From Bacteriovoracaceae bacterium (GTDB taxonomy: Bacteria > Bdellovibrionota > Bacteriovoracia > Bacteriovoracales > Bacteriovoracaceae): a stretch of 54,323 bases of DNA. The DNA is taken from positions 1 to 54,323 of the forward strand of contig CANHJD010000001.1 of NCBI GenBank assembly GCA_947461145.1, given 5' to 3'. The position numbers and the translations under genes were made by a program. The first letter of the stretch is position 1. The number at the start of each line of letters is the position of its first letter. The notes beneath the pieces are model-generated. The model worked only from the letters and a program-made list of their open reading frames with translations, made no database searches and was not told where the DNA came from. This document shows, in pieces, positions 39,443-48,811 of this stretch.

Positions 39443-40948
39443 ATGTCTGCAAAAGCTAAGGCCCAAGAATTCCTAAAAATATCAGATCAGTTTAAGCTGG
39501 GTCACTTAGTGACAGAAAGCTTCCATCCATTAACCAGCAACCTTTCATCTGTTGTAAAAAAAGATGTAGGTGAGGCACTTAAATTACTCCAAGCAGTAGA
39601 TCATCAAGCGCTAGAAGTTTTAAAGTCCAAATCCTCAATAATTTGGACCATGGCCCAAGATATTCAGTCGACATTAAAATCTGGAAATAAAATTTTCATG
39701 TGTGGGTGTGGAGCAACTGGCCGTCTTTCATTGGTCCTTGAAACTCTTTTTAGACAACTACATGGAGATACAAATCAAGTCTTTTCTTTTATGGCCGGTG
39801 GTGATTTTGCGCTCATTAAGTCAGTTGAAAGCTTTGAAGATCGCGTAGACTACGGGGAGAGGCAACTTTTAGAACTTGGTTTTGGTCCACATGATTTGCT
39901 TCTTTCACCTACAGAGGGTGGGGAGACACCGTTTGTTATTGGGGCTACAAATTTGGCTTCAAAAATTTCGAGCCGCACTCCTTATTTTTTATATTGTAAC
40001 CCTGATGAATTACTGGCCCCTATAAAGCGTTCACAGGATGTAATTGAAAATAAAAAAATTCATAAAGTGAATCTGACAGTTGGTCCTATGGCCATCTCTG
40101 GTTCAACCAGAATGCAGGCTTCCACGGTATTAATGCTCGCCATAGGAGTAGGTCTTCTTTATGACCACAATAACAAAGAAGATTTTGAAAAATTCTTTCA
40201 GCATTTTGTGAACCAACTCACTAAAACTGATTATGGAGTAATGAAAGAATTGACCTCGATGGAAGCAGATCTTTATAAACAGAAAAAATTTTTGAATTAT
40301 GTTACTGATCCACATTTAGGCATTAGTATTTTGACTGACACCACGGAAAGATCGCCAACATTTTCTCTACGGGCCTTTGAGAATCGTCTGGATCATGGTC
40401 ACCAGCACTCGCTGAGCTATCTCTTTATAGAGGATGCTCAAGATGCGGGCCATGGATGGAGTGAATTGCTTTGGCGAAAACCAAGAGCACTAGAGTGGAG
40501 TGAGTTGGATAATAGGATTGGCATTACCAAAGTACTTGGTTTTGATATTTCATCCCATGGTCTCAAAGCAAGGTCTTCAGAAATTCCTACTGTGAATTTC
40601 ATTGTGTCTTATGATCAAGGGAAAATTCAATTTCGTTGCCTAGAAGAGACCCTCGAATTTAACTGGGGTCATGATCAATTATTTAATCATCTAATGGTTA
40701 AAATGCTTTTGAATGCACATTCTACTTTAGTCATGGGTCTTCTTGATCGTTATGAGGGGAATGTGATGACATGGGTTCGACCGAGTAATAATAAACTTGT
40801 TGATCGGGCCGCACGCTACATCCTTCAGCTTCTCAGTAAGAAAGGGCGAACGGCCAGTTATGAAGAAGTAGTTCTCAAAATCTTTGAAGAAACAGAGGGG
40901 ATCACAGAAAATGAGCCCATTGTAATAAAGGTTTTAAATCGTTTCTAG
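39443..40948 (+). CDS. MurQ/GCKR-like SIS-domain protein (N-acetylmuramic acid 6-phosphate etherase-like)
   Basis: GCGATGRL, AGGD.AL..SVE.FED, GPMAISGSTRMQA, N.M..V...N.KL..RA. Confidence 0.8.
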   Translation: MSAKAKAQEFLKISDQFKLGHLVTESFHPLTSNLSSVVKKDVGEALKLLQAVDHQALEVLKSKSSIIWTMAQDIQSTLKSGNKIFMCGCGATGRLSLVLETLFRQLHGDTNQVFSFMAGGDFALIKSVESFEDRVDYGERQLLELGFGPHDLLLSPTEGGETPFVIGATNLASKISSRTPYFLYCNPDELLAPIKRSQDVIENKKIHKVNLTVGPMAISGSTRMQASTVLMLAIGVGLLYDHNNKEDFEKFFQHFVNQLTKTDYGVMKELTSMEADLYKQKKFLNYVTDPHLGISILTDTTERSPTFSLRAFENRLDHGHQHSLSYLFIEDAQDAGHGWSELLWRKPRALEWSELDNRIGITKVLGFDISSHGLKARSSEIPTVNFIVSYDQGKIQFRCLEETLEFNWGHDQLFNHLMVKMLLNAHSTLVMGLLDRYEGNVMTWVRPSNNKLVDRAARYILQLLSKKGRTASYEEVVLKIFEETEGITENEPIVIKVLNRF

Positions 40949-41106
40949 GATTTTTTATCCGAATCGTCGTCGCCTTTCATCCCTTTTTTGAAATTCTTTA
41001 ACGATTCCCCAAGAGCACTTCCAAGTTGAGGTAGTTTTTTTCCACCTGAAAAAAGAAGGAATAAAAGCAGTACTACAACTAATTCACCAAAACCAAGTCC
41101 AAACAT
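40945..41106 (-). CDS. tatA: Twin-arginine translocase subunit TatA/E (53 aa, not in ORF track)
   Basis: MFGLGFGELVVVLLLFLLFSGGKKLPQLGSALGESLKNFKKGM...; AAGGA RBS. Confidence 0.92.
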   Translation of the reverse strand: MFGLGFGELVVVLLLFLLFSGGKKLPQLGSALGESLKNFKKGMKGDDDSDKKS

Positions 41107-41142
41107 ATTTCATTCCTTGTTAATTCTATTTTACCACAAACT

Positions 41143-41676
41143 CTAGTAAAGGCGAGCTAGATCCATTCCGTATTTTCCTGGCGCATATTGGGCCATCCTT
41201 GTGATTTTTAAGGCTTCAAACTCTTTGGAACCATTTGACATGGAAACATATGGAAAAATGGCTATGCCACCACGGGGTGTAAAGTCTCCCATCACTTCAA
41301 TATATTTTGGTTTCATAAGTTTGAAGAGGTCTTTGCAAATTTTCTGTATACAATCCTCGTGAAAATCTCCGTGATTTCTAAAACTAAAGAGGTAAATTTT
41401 TAATGACTTTGATTCAACCATTTCTTTGTCTGCGATGTAGTTGATAAAAATTTTTGCAAAATCAGGCTGGCCTGTTTTTGGACAAAGAGAGGTGAACTCT
41501 GTGCAGATGAATGTAGTCCAAGCATCATTGTCTGGGTTTTTGTTTGGAAATTTTTCTAAAACATCCGGAGAGTAAGTCTCTGGGTAGTCTGTTTTCGTGT
41601 TGCCCAATAACTTAACTGTTGCTAATTCTTTAGACTTTCGTCCTTCAGATTTTGATTTTTTTGCCATTTTAGACAC
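41143..41676 (-). CDS. queF: preQ0 reductase QueF (type I)
   Basis: EFTSLCPKTGQPDFA, VESKSLKIYL.SFRN.G.FHE, FTPRGG. Confidence 0.96.
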   Translation of the reverse strand: MSKMAKKSKSEGRKSKELATVKLLGNTKTDYPETYSPDVLEKFPNKNPDNDAWTTFICTEFTSLCPKTGQPDFAKIFINYIADKEMVESKSLKIYLFSFRNHGDFHEDCIQKICKDLFKLMKPKYIEVMGDFTPRGGIAIFPYVSMSNGSKEFEALKITRMAQYAPGKYGMDLARLY

Positions 41677-41733
41677 CTTGTATAAGCTTTGATTCTAGTC
41701 ATTTACAGCTATGTGTGACATAAAGTCTACCCT

Positions 41734-44127
41734 ATGAGTGAAAAAATTAAAGTTATTTTGGGCCAATTAGGCTCTCCAAAAAGTACCAAAGTCCGTGATG
41801 TTAGGAGTTATCTTAAAGAATTTTTGGGTGATCCAAGGGTTGTTGATATAAATCCGACTCTGTGGAAAATTATACTTAATCTTTTCATATTACCTTTTAG
41901 GCCAAAAAAGTCTGCTCGGGCCTATGCCCGTATTTTGGAAAAAGATGGATTTCCTCTTATCACCAATACTGAAAAAGTGGCCAAGGCCCTAAAGCCATTA
42001 CTGGATTCAAATTTAGAGCTAAACCATATTTTTTTGCTTTCTAGTCCACGGGCAACGGATGTTTTAAATGAGTGGGAGAGTGAAGATGTTTCTACAAGAG
42101 CACAGCGGGTGCTGGTTCTTCCCCAGTTCCCTCAATATTCTGAAGCAACTATTGGTTCGGTTGTAGATGCTTTGGGCGGAGAATTTAAAGGTCGGGTAAA
42201 TATTCCAAGCTTTAGTGTGGTTGGTTCTTACCATCGTTCAAAAGCCTTTATTGATCATTCTGTCCGCAAGATAGAAGAGTCTCTCAACTCTCATCCCGAT
42301 ATTCAAGAACTTGTGATTTCTTTCCATGGTATCCCTTTGAGACGGGTTTTAAAAAAGAAAGATATTTATCTTCTTCATTGTTTGGAAACTTATGAATTAA
42401 TTAAAGAGCGACTTAAAACAACGATTCCGATTTCAATGACTTTTCAGTCACGTTTTGGTTCAGAAGTATGGCTTGGCCCATATACTGATAAAACGGTGGT
42501 GAAAAAAATTGAGGATGGAGTTAAGAAAATAGGTGTTTACTGCCCAAGTTTCGTTGTCGATTGCTTAGAGACAACGGATGAAATCGGAAATGAACTTGCT
42601 CATGAAGTTAAGGACGCTGGCGGAGAGCTTGTACATATTCCTTGTGTTAATGCAGATCCAGAATGGATTAAAGATTATGCTCATTTTATCAATATTTATG
42701 CGAATGGTTCTGAAGTTGAGCGTCAGCAATTATTTTATTCAATAGATGCATCTCAAAGGTATAAAACAGTGTTAGAAGATCAACAAAAAAATGCCCCAAG
42801 TGAACTCCCTGCTGATTCTAAGAAAATTTTAAAATTGATGTTTTTGACAATGTTCATGGACCTAGTCGGATTTTCGATTATTTTTCCTATGTTCCCTGCA
42901 ATGGCAAAATATTATCTAAGTGTGGATTCAGATAACTATTTTTTAAGTCATATGATGGGGCTGATTTCAAACATTCAGACCTTGTCCCTTGGTTCCGACG
43001 GAACTCCTGGAATGACAACGGTTGTTCTTTTTGGAGGATTGCTTGGAGCTCTCTACTCCTTATTGCAGTTTGTAGCAGCTCCGTTATGGGGTGGGATTTC
43101 TGATCGAATAGGTCGCCGCCCAGTACTTCTTATCTCTGTGTTTGGTTTGTTTGTAAGTTATATGCTTTGGATCTTTTCGGGATCATTCACTCTTCTCATC
43201 CTGGCGAGGGCGATTGGTGGACTGATGTCTGGAAACCTCTCAATTGCATCTGCTGTTGTAAGTGATGTAACAGATGAAAAAAATCGCTCAAAAGGAATGG
43301 CCGTTATTGGTATTGCCTTTGCTCTTGGATTTGTTTTTGGGCCAGCTCTAGGGGGAATTTTATCTCTTTATAATCCCATCGCTCATCACCCTGAATGGGA
43401 AATATTTGGCATAAATCCCTTTTCTACGCCTGCTACGCTAGCAGCTATTTTAAGCTTCATTAATTTTATAACTATCTGGAAAACATTCCCTGAGACTCTT
43501 AAAAAGGGTGGATCAACTCATCCTGTTCGAAGCATGAATCCACTGACTCTTTTTAAACCTTTGCCAATTAAGGGAGTAAATCTTACGAATCTGAGTTATT
43601 TCTTTTTCATTACTGCCTTTTCAGGAATGGAGTTTACCTTAACTTTTCTGGCCGTTGAGCGTCTCGGATATACTTCGATGGACAATGCTTATATGTTTAT
43701 ATTCATCGGGTTTGTCATCGGAATGGTTCAAGGCGGCTATGTTCGTCGGAAGGCCCATCAAGTTGGTGAAAAAAATATGGCGCTAAGAGGGTTGATCTCA
43801 ATTGTGCCTGGTCTTCTCTTAATAGGTTATACTCAAGCTGCTTGGATGCTTTACGCGGGATTATTTTTTCTTGCTGTGGGATCGGCCATGGTCATTCCGT
43901 GCATGACATCTCTGGTTTCTTTCTACTCGCCAAGACATATTCAGGGCCAAAGTTTGGGTATATTTAGATCACTTGGTTCTTTAGGCAGGGTAATGGGGCC
44001 TATTTACGCGTCTCTAGTTTATTGGAGATATGGTTCAGTTACGGCATATATAACTGGTGCAATTCTTATAGCGATCCCAGCTTTTATTATTTCAAAGCTT
44101 CCAGCAATTCCAGAAAAGTCAGAATAG
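41734..44127 (+). CDS. hemH: Ferrochelatase fused to an MFS (TetA/DHA1-like) transporter
   Basis: N-terminal LGSP...FL.D.RV, PQYS, SFHGIP, FQSRFG..WLGP, F..DCLET..EI; C-terminal multi-TM domain with GGISDRIGRRPV motif A; single continuous frame. Confidence 0.9.
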   Translation: MSEKIKVILGQLGSPKSTKVRDVRSYLKEFLGDPRVVDINPTLWKIILNLFILPFRPKKSARAYARILEKDGFPLITNTEKVAKALKPLLDSNLELNHIFLLSSPRATDVLNEWESEDVSTRAQRVLVLPQFPQYSEATIGSVVDALGGEFKGRVNIPSFSVVGSYHRSKAFIDHSVRKIEESLNSHPDIQELVISFHGIPLRRVLKKKDIYLLHCLETYELIKERLKTTIPISMTFQSRFGSEVWLGPYTDKTVVKKIEDGVKKIGVYCPSFVVDCLETTDEIGNELAHEVKDAGGELVHIPCVNADPEWIKDYAHFINIYANGSEVERQQLFYSIDASQRYKTVLEDQQKNAPSELPADSKKILKLMFLTMFMDLVGFSIIFPMFPAMAKYYLSVDSDNYFLSHMMGLISNIQTLSLGSDGTPGMTTVVLFGGLLGALYSLLQFVAAPLWGGISDRIGRRPVLLISVFGLFVSYMLWIFSGSFTLLILARAIGGLMSGNLSIASAVVSDVTDEKNRSKGMAVIGIAFALGFVFGPALGGILSLYNPIAHHPEWEIFGINPFSTPATLAAILSFINFITIWKTFPETLKKGGSTHPVRSMNPLTLFKPLPIKGVNLTNLSYFFFITAFSGMEFTLTFLAVERLGYTSMDNAYMFIFIGFVIGMVQGGYVRRKAHQVGEKNMALRGLISIVPGLLLIGYTQAAWMLYAGLFFLAVGSAMVIPCMTSLVSFYSPRHIQGQSLGIFRSLGSLGRVMGPIYASLVYWRYGSVTAYITGAILIAIPAFIISKLPAIPEKSE

Positions 44128-44146
44128 TTTTTTTTAGACCTTGGGG

Positions 44147-45091
44147 CTAATCAATGGTTGGCCCCATCTTGTGACTGATAGCAAACATAACGGCATCCTT
44201 AAAAAGCATCCAAAATTTATCTGTCTCTGCAGGATTTGAATTTGGCAATTCAAGAGTGTAAGTTGGAATGTGCTTTTCTTTGCCGGCCCAATTCCCTAAG
44301 CTTCCTGGGAAAATAGGATAGTTAGAAACTTTATACCCTGAAGCCTTTGAGCTCATTTGCTCGAGCAGGATACTTGCATTTTTTCCTGCTTCAGCTCTGA
44401 GGGATGGTCCATCATAATCTAGTAACGTGAGTGGCGCATGAACTGAAATAACTTTATTTGGTTTGTAACGGAGAACAAGGTTCATTTGAAAGATTGTTTC
44501 TTGCTCAGAAGCTGGTTTGTGACCAGGAAATTTCCTCTTATCACTTTTTAAATTCTGTTTCCATCTTTTAATCGCATCACTATGCCAGTCACTTGTTGGA
44601 AAGTTACGATTTACATCAACTCCCCGGCCATTTGTTCTAGTCGGTTTTGGGATAAAAAAAGAGTCTGGGGCCACAAGTGGAGCTACGACAATTAGCTTAT
44701 CCTTGAGGTCTTTCATTATTTTTAGTTCATTTATAAGATCCCAACAAAATTTAATGGGCGTGATTTCATCTCCATGCACACCACAAAGCACAAGAGTTGT
44801 GTTCGCTTTGGCAAGCTCTGAAGTTTCATCCCCAAAGACGCTCCATATAAGTGGAGTTCCAAGGTTAGAGTTTCTAACATGGTTCCACTTGAGCTTGTCA
44901 CAATTTGTTTCACCCCAGCGGTATTCTAAAAATTTATCTTCTAATTTAAGACACATCTTTTGAACTGGTTCCGTTATAAGAACTTTGGGCTCGGAAATAG
45001 TTTCGATTGCTATCGCAGAAAAGTAATTAGATTGCCCATAGGCAATTAAAAGGGTGATGGAAATAATCCAAAAAAATCGTGATGATGACAT
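44147..45091 (-). CDS. M14 zinc carboxypeptidase, murein peptide amidase MpaA-like, with export signal
   Basis: HGDE, N.RGVDVNRNFP, SEQET, VH.P, PGSLG.W, TLELP. Confidence 0.85.
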   Translation of the reverse strand: MSSSRFFWIISITLLIAYGQSNYFSAIAIETISEPKVLITEPVQKMCLKLEDKFLEYRWGETNCDKLKWNHVRNSNLGTPLIWSVFGDETSELAKANTTLVLCGVHGDEITPIKFCWDLINELKIMKDLKDKLIVVAPLVAPDSFFIPKPTRTNGRGVDVNRNFPTSDWHSDAIKRWKQNLKSDKRKFPGHKPASEQETIFQMNLVLRYKPNKVISVHAPLTLLDYDGPSLRAEAGKNASILLEQMSSKASGYKVSNYPIFPGSLGNWAGKEKHIPTYTLELPNSNPAETDKFWMLFKDAVMFAISHKMGPTID

Positions 45092-45115
45092 GAATTTTAT
45101 TCTATATTAAGGTTT

Positions 45116-45928
45116 ATGAATAAACTAGTTGTGGTTGCCAAAAACTCCGAAACCCATTTTATAAAAAGACTGACTGAAGAGGTCGGAGAGAGTGTCTTAA
45201 TTTTTAACCCTTGGGCAGATCTTGTATTGCCGGACTCTCAAAAATATTTAGTTAGAACAACTGGTGTTTATGGGAGCGATCTCGATTTATTAATTTTAAA
45301 GACACTTACTCCAGATAAAATTATTAATCCTTTTCCTTCACTCCAATTATTTCGTTCAAAACTGACTCAATATTATTGGTTTGAAGATCACCAATTTCCA
45401 GTGCCTGCTTGGATTTCTCTTAAAGGTGTTGATGTTTTAACCGTTGAAAAATTTTTTAGACTTTACCCAACCGCGGTAGTTAAGCCTTCAATTGGTCAGG
45501 GTGGTTGGGGGGTGGAAGGACTTAATTGGGAAAAGTTTAAGTCATGGTGGAAGAAAAAGCAGGGACGAGACGAAGATTACATTTTGCAAAATTTTATCCC
45601 CGATGCCACTGAACTTAGATATTTTTTTATACAGGGTGAAGCTCCCATCGTCCTTGAACGTAAATCAAAGTCTGGGATTGCTGCAAATTTTAAAAAGCAG
45701 GGTCAGGCCGAGCTATCAAAATTGCCAATAGAGCTGCAGCCTTTGGTTGATCGATTAATCACAAAATCTGGCCTATATTATGGTGCGATTGATCTTTTGC
45801 TAGATCGTGGAAACCCTCAGATTCTTGAAGTTAATGCTGTTCCAGGGATTGAACAGTTAGAGTCTGTTTCAGGACAAAATGTCATGGGCCGTCTACTTAG
45901 TGCCAAGTTTTTTTGTCAGGCTCTCTAA
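45116..45928 (+). CDS. RimK-like ATP-grasp ligase
   Basis: VVKP..G.GG.GV, LQ.FIP, ANF..G, LEVNAVPG. Confidence 0.82.
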   Translation: MNKLVVVAKNSETHFIKRLTEEVGESVLIFNPWADLVLPDSQKYLVRTTGVYGSDLDLLILKTLTPDKIINPFPSLQLFRSKLTQYYWFEDHQFPVPAWISLKGVDVLTVEKFFRLYPTAVVKPSIGQGGWGVEGLNWEKFKSWWKKKQGRDEDYILQNFIPDATELRYFFIQGEAPIVLERKSKSGIAANFKKQGQAELSKLPIELQPLVDRLITKSGLYYGAIDLLLDRGNPQILEVNAVPGIEQLESVSGQNVMGRLLSAKFFCQAL

Positions 45929-45952
45929 AGTTTTCCATGTCTCCTCCGATAA
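45926..45952 (+). promoter_or_regulatory. sigma28/FliA promoter
   Basis: TAAAGTTT-N11-TCCGATAA, near-perfect match to the TAAA-N15-GCCGATAA consensus. Confidence 0.75.
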
Positions 45953-45982
45953 GTAAGCTGAGTTACATATGAAGGAGTTTCC

Positions 45983-47935
45983 ATGCTTACTAGCTTTGCA
46001 GAATTTAAATATTACCAATCATTCAGAGTTCCTGTGGAATCTTGTGATGATGTGATGTTTCTTGTGGAGCAAGAGAATGATCAAGGGAAATTTGATTTTG
46101 TGGAGAAAGTTAAGCTACTAGATGTGAGTATGACTGGGCTTGGTTTTGTTTCCTCTACTCCCTTAGCAGTTGGGGCAGTGTTGAGATGTTCAATTCAATT
46201 TAAGCGTCTTCGTTTTGATTTTAGTGCCTCTGTAGTCCGTGCTTTTCACAATGTTGGAGAGTCGGATGAATTAATGAGTTATGGTGCGGAATTGGATGTA
46301 GAAGATTTTGGAAATATGAAACGCTTTATCGAGCAATATATTCAGAGTTTGCCTCCAGAAAGAGTTAAAGATAGTCTCGTAAAGCTTGCCCTGACTCAAC
46401 ATTATGCATCTGAAAAAGAAGGGTTTGAGATGTTCTCCCTTCTCTTGTCTCTATTCAAAGATATCACCCAGTTTGGGGATAAAGAGAAGTTTGTAGAGTC
46501 TATGCTTGAAGAAATCGTTCGAATATTAAATGCTCAGCGTGCATCGATTTTTCTTATTAATACAGAAACAAATGAGCTTGAAGCCGTAGCAGCATTGGGG
46601 ATTGATAAGGAACTCTTGAAATTTGATTATCGTAAAGGTATCGCTGGATCAGTTTTCACAACTGGGGTGTCTCTAAATATTGATTGCAAGAATGATAAGG
46701 TTCGCTTTTCTGAGGAAATGGATAGACTTACGGGCTATGATACTCGCTCTATCATCTGTGGACCAATTACAAATCGTGAAGATAAAATAATTGGAGTGAT
46801 TGAAGTCCTTAATAAGAGGAATGAAACACGATTTACAGTGGAAGATGAGAAAACAATGAAGGTCCTTGCCTTGATCCTCTCTTCTGTTTTTCATCATTAC
46901 AATCCATTGTCAGAAAAATCTCTTATTAGAAGATTTTCTACTCCCTACGACAGAGAATTCGCTTGGATTGGACGATCCTCGCAAACTTCAGAAATTAGGA
47001 AGGCCGTTGTTCGGTTAAAGGATATTGATTCACCTCTTCTTGTGAGTGGTGAGACTGGAGTAGGGAAAAAACTTTTCCTTAGAATCCTCCACAACGAAGG
47101 CAAAAGAGGCCTAGCGCCTTACCAAGTAATTTCTTGCAAGGGAGTTGATGAAAAGGATCTCGAAACTCAACTTTTCGGATCCGGTGAAATAAGAAGTAAA
47201 CTTGAAGAGTGTATAGGCGGATCTGTTGTGATTGATGAAGTTGGTTTTATGCCGCTTCAATTACAAAATCGTCTTTTCAAAGTCTTATCTGACAGACGGA
47301 TTCCTGGATCACACATATCAATTGATACGCGGGTTCTTTTTACGAATAGCAGAAATCTGAAACAGATGATCGAGGAGGAAGGTGCTTTTAATCCTGAACT
47401 CTATAACTTTATGTGTTCTTCTGAATTACATATTGAACCACTTCGTAAGCGACCAGTTGATATCGAGGATATTCTATCCTTTTGTTTAAAAAAGGAATGT
47501 CGAAAGCAGGGACTTCTTTTAAAAGAATTTTCTGATGAAGTAAAAGATCAGCTTGTTGCCTATGCTTGGCCTGGAAACGTGACGGAGCTACAAAAAGCAG
47601 TCGAAAAAGCTGTGCTTTATAACCCCAAAGCTCATATTATTTCTGATCTTGGTAGCAAATCTACTCCAATTATTGATATCACTAAAAATACTAATTGCTT
47701 GCTTGAAAATATTCCTTTTGCCGACGATCCAAATCTCCCTTTGAAAGATAGGGTTGCACTTGTTGAGAGGGAAATGATTCTCTCGGAGATTAAGCGTCAT
47801 AAAGGAAATAAGTCTCGGGCGGCCCAGACTATGGGTATTTCTAGAGAAGCTCTACGTAAGAAGATGTTAATCTCTGACGAAATTATTGAGACATTGAAAA
47901 CTCCTGCAGCGAACCCTGACAAAAAAGCTGCCTGA
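45983..47935 (+). CDS. PilZ-like/GAF/degenerate sigma54-type AAA+/Fis-HTH transcriptional regulator
   Basis: DVSMTG; GAF region (GIAGSVF, TRSIIC.P, GVIEVLNK); GETGVGK, DEVG, WPGNV.EL; GNKSRAA..MGISR..L..K. Confidence 0.88.
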   Translation: MLTSFAEFKYYQSFRVPVESCDDVMFLVEQENDQGKFDFVEKVKLLDVSMTGLGFVSSTPLAVGAVLRCSIQFKRLRFDFSASVVRAFHNVGESDELMSYGAELDVEDFGNMKRFIEQYIQSLPPERVKDSLVKLALTQHYASEKEGFEMFSLLLSLFKDITQFGDKEKFVESMLEEIVRILNAQRASIFLINTETNELEAVAALGIDKELLKFDYRKGIAGSVFTTGVSLNIDCKNDKVRFSEEMDRLTGYDTRSIICGPITNREDKIIGVIEVLNKRNETRFTVEDEKTMKVLALILSSVFHHYNPLSEKSLIRRFSTPYDREFAWIGRSSQTSEIRKAVVRLKDIDSPLLVSGETGVGKKLFLRILHNEGKRGLAPYQVISCKGVDEKDLETQLFGSGEIRSKLEECIGGSVVIDEVGFMPLQLQNRLFKVLSDRRIPGSHISIDTRVLFTNSRNLKQMIEEEGAFNPELYNFMCSSELHIEPLRKRPVDIEDILSFCLKKECRKQGLLLKEFSDEVKDQLVAYAWPGNVTELQKAVEKAVLYNPKAHIISDLGSKSTPIIDITKNTNCLLENIPFADDPNLPLKDRVALVEREMILSEIKRHKGNKSRAAQTMGISREALRKKMLISDEIIETLKTPAANPDKKAA

Positions 47936-47950
47936 TTTTATTTTTTAAAT

Positions 47951-48007
47951 AACCTCTTGTTTCTGTGGTGAACTCCGATAAGGTTCACTATAAACAGAGG
48001 TTTTTTT
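47951..48007 (+). terminator. Long hairpin plus U tract abutting the cdaA start
   Basis: AACCTC.TGTTT..GTGGTGAAC/GTTCACTAT-AAACA-GAGGTT then T run. Confidence 0.6.
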
Positions 48008-48811
48008 TTGCAAAATTTTGGAATACTCATCTCCAATTTCAGATTCTTAGATTTACTAGATATTCTGGTAGTGTCGCTGATCATGTACAGATTCCTTTCA
48101 ATTGTTCAGGGATCTAGGGCGTATCAGATGTTGTTTGGGATTATTGCCCTCGCTTTCTTGTGGTGGTTTTCACAATTTAATGAGCTCTATTCATTAAGTT
48201 GGATCTTGCAAAACTTCTTTGACTATCTTTTTATTATTTTAATTGTCTTGTTCCAGGACCAAATAAGAAGTGCTCTTGTTTCAATCACGAGTACCAAATT
48301 TATTGGGCGCAACAGTAGATCCAAATTTGATCAACAAATTGAAGAAGTGGTTGCTGCTTGTTCTGCACTTTCTCGAGAGAGAACAGGTGCTTTAATCGTT
48401 TTTGAAAAGAATCATGGACTTTTAAATTACTCAGCTACAGGCACTCGGCTTGATTCTCGAATTCATTCCGATATTATTTATTCAATTTTTCAGTCAAAAT
48501 CTCCACTGCACGATGGTGCGATAATTATTTTTAATGGAACAATTCAAGCCGCGGGATGTTTTCTTCCGCTTTCAAAAAATGTGGAAATTGATAGACACTA
48601 CGGAACTCGCCATCGTGCTGCTTTGGGGATTACAGAAATTTCGGACGCTGTGGTTGTGACTGTTTCGGAAGAAACAGGTAGGGTCAATATTTGTTACAAT
48701 GGTGTTTTTCATTATGCAGAAAACGAAGAGCTTTTAAGAAAGTTCCTACGTAAATTCCTTTTAGAAATTGATCGAAGCTCCTCGATTGAAGCCATCGGGA
48801 AATTATCATGA
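48008..48811 (+). CDS. cdaA: Diadenylate cyclase CdaA (DacA)
   Basis: Three TM helices, FQ..IR, PLHDGA, GTRHRAA, VSEETG. Confidence 0.95.
   Translation: MQNFGILISNFRFLDLLDILVVSLIMYRFLSIVQGSRAYQMLFGIIALAFLWWFSQFNELYSLSWILQNFFDYLFIILIVLFQDQIRSALVSITSTKFIGRNSRSKFDQQIEEVVAACSALSRERTGALIVFEKNHGLLNYSATGTRLDSRIHSDIIYSIFQSKSPLHDGAIIIFNGTIQAAGCFLPLSKNVEIDRHYGTRHRAALGITEISDAVVVTVSEETGRVNICYNGVFHYAENEELLRKFLRKFLLEIDRSSSIEAIGKLS

Noticed and set aside
41677-41733. preQ1 riboswitch upstream of queF
   Set aside because: Only 57 bp shared with the divergent hemH fusion; no preQ1 aptamer pattern recognised
47936-48007. ydaO c-di-AMP riboswitch before cdaA
   Set aside because: Region too short and lacks recognisable conserved ydaO elements; only a single hairpin
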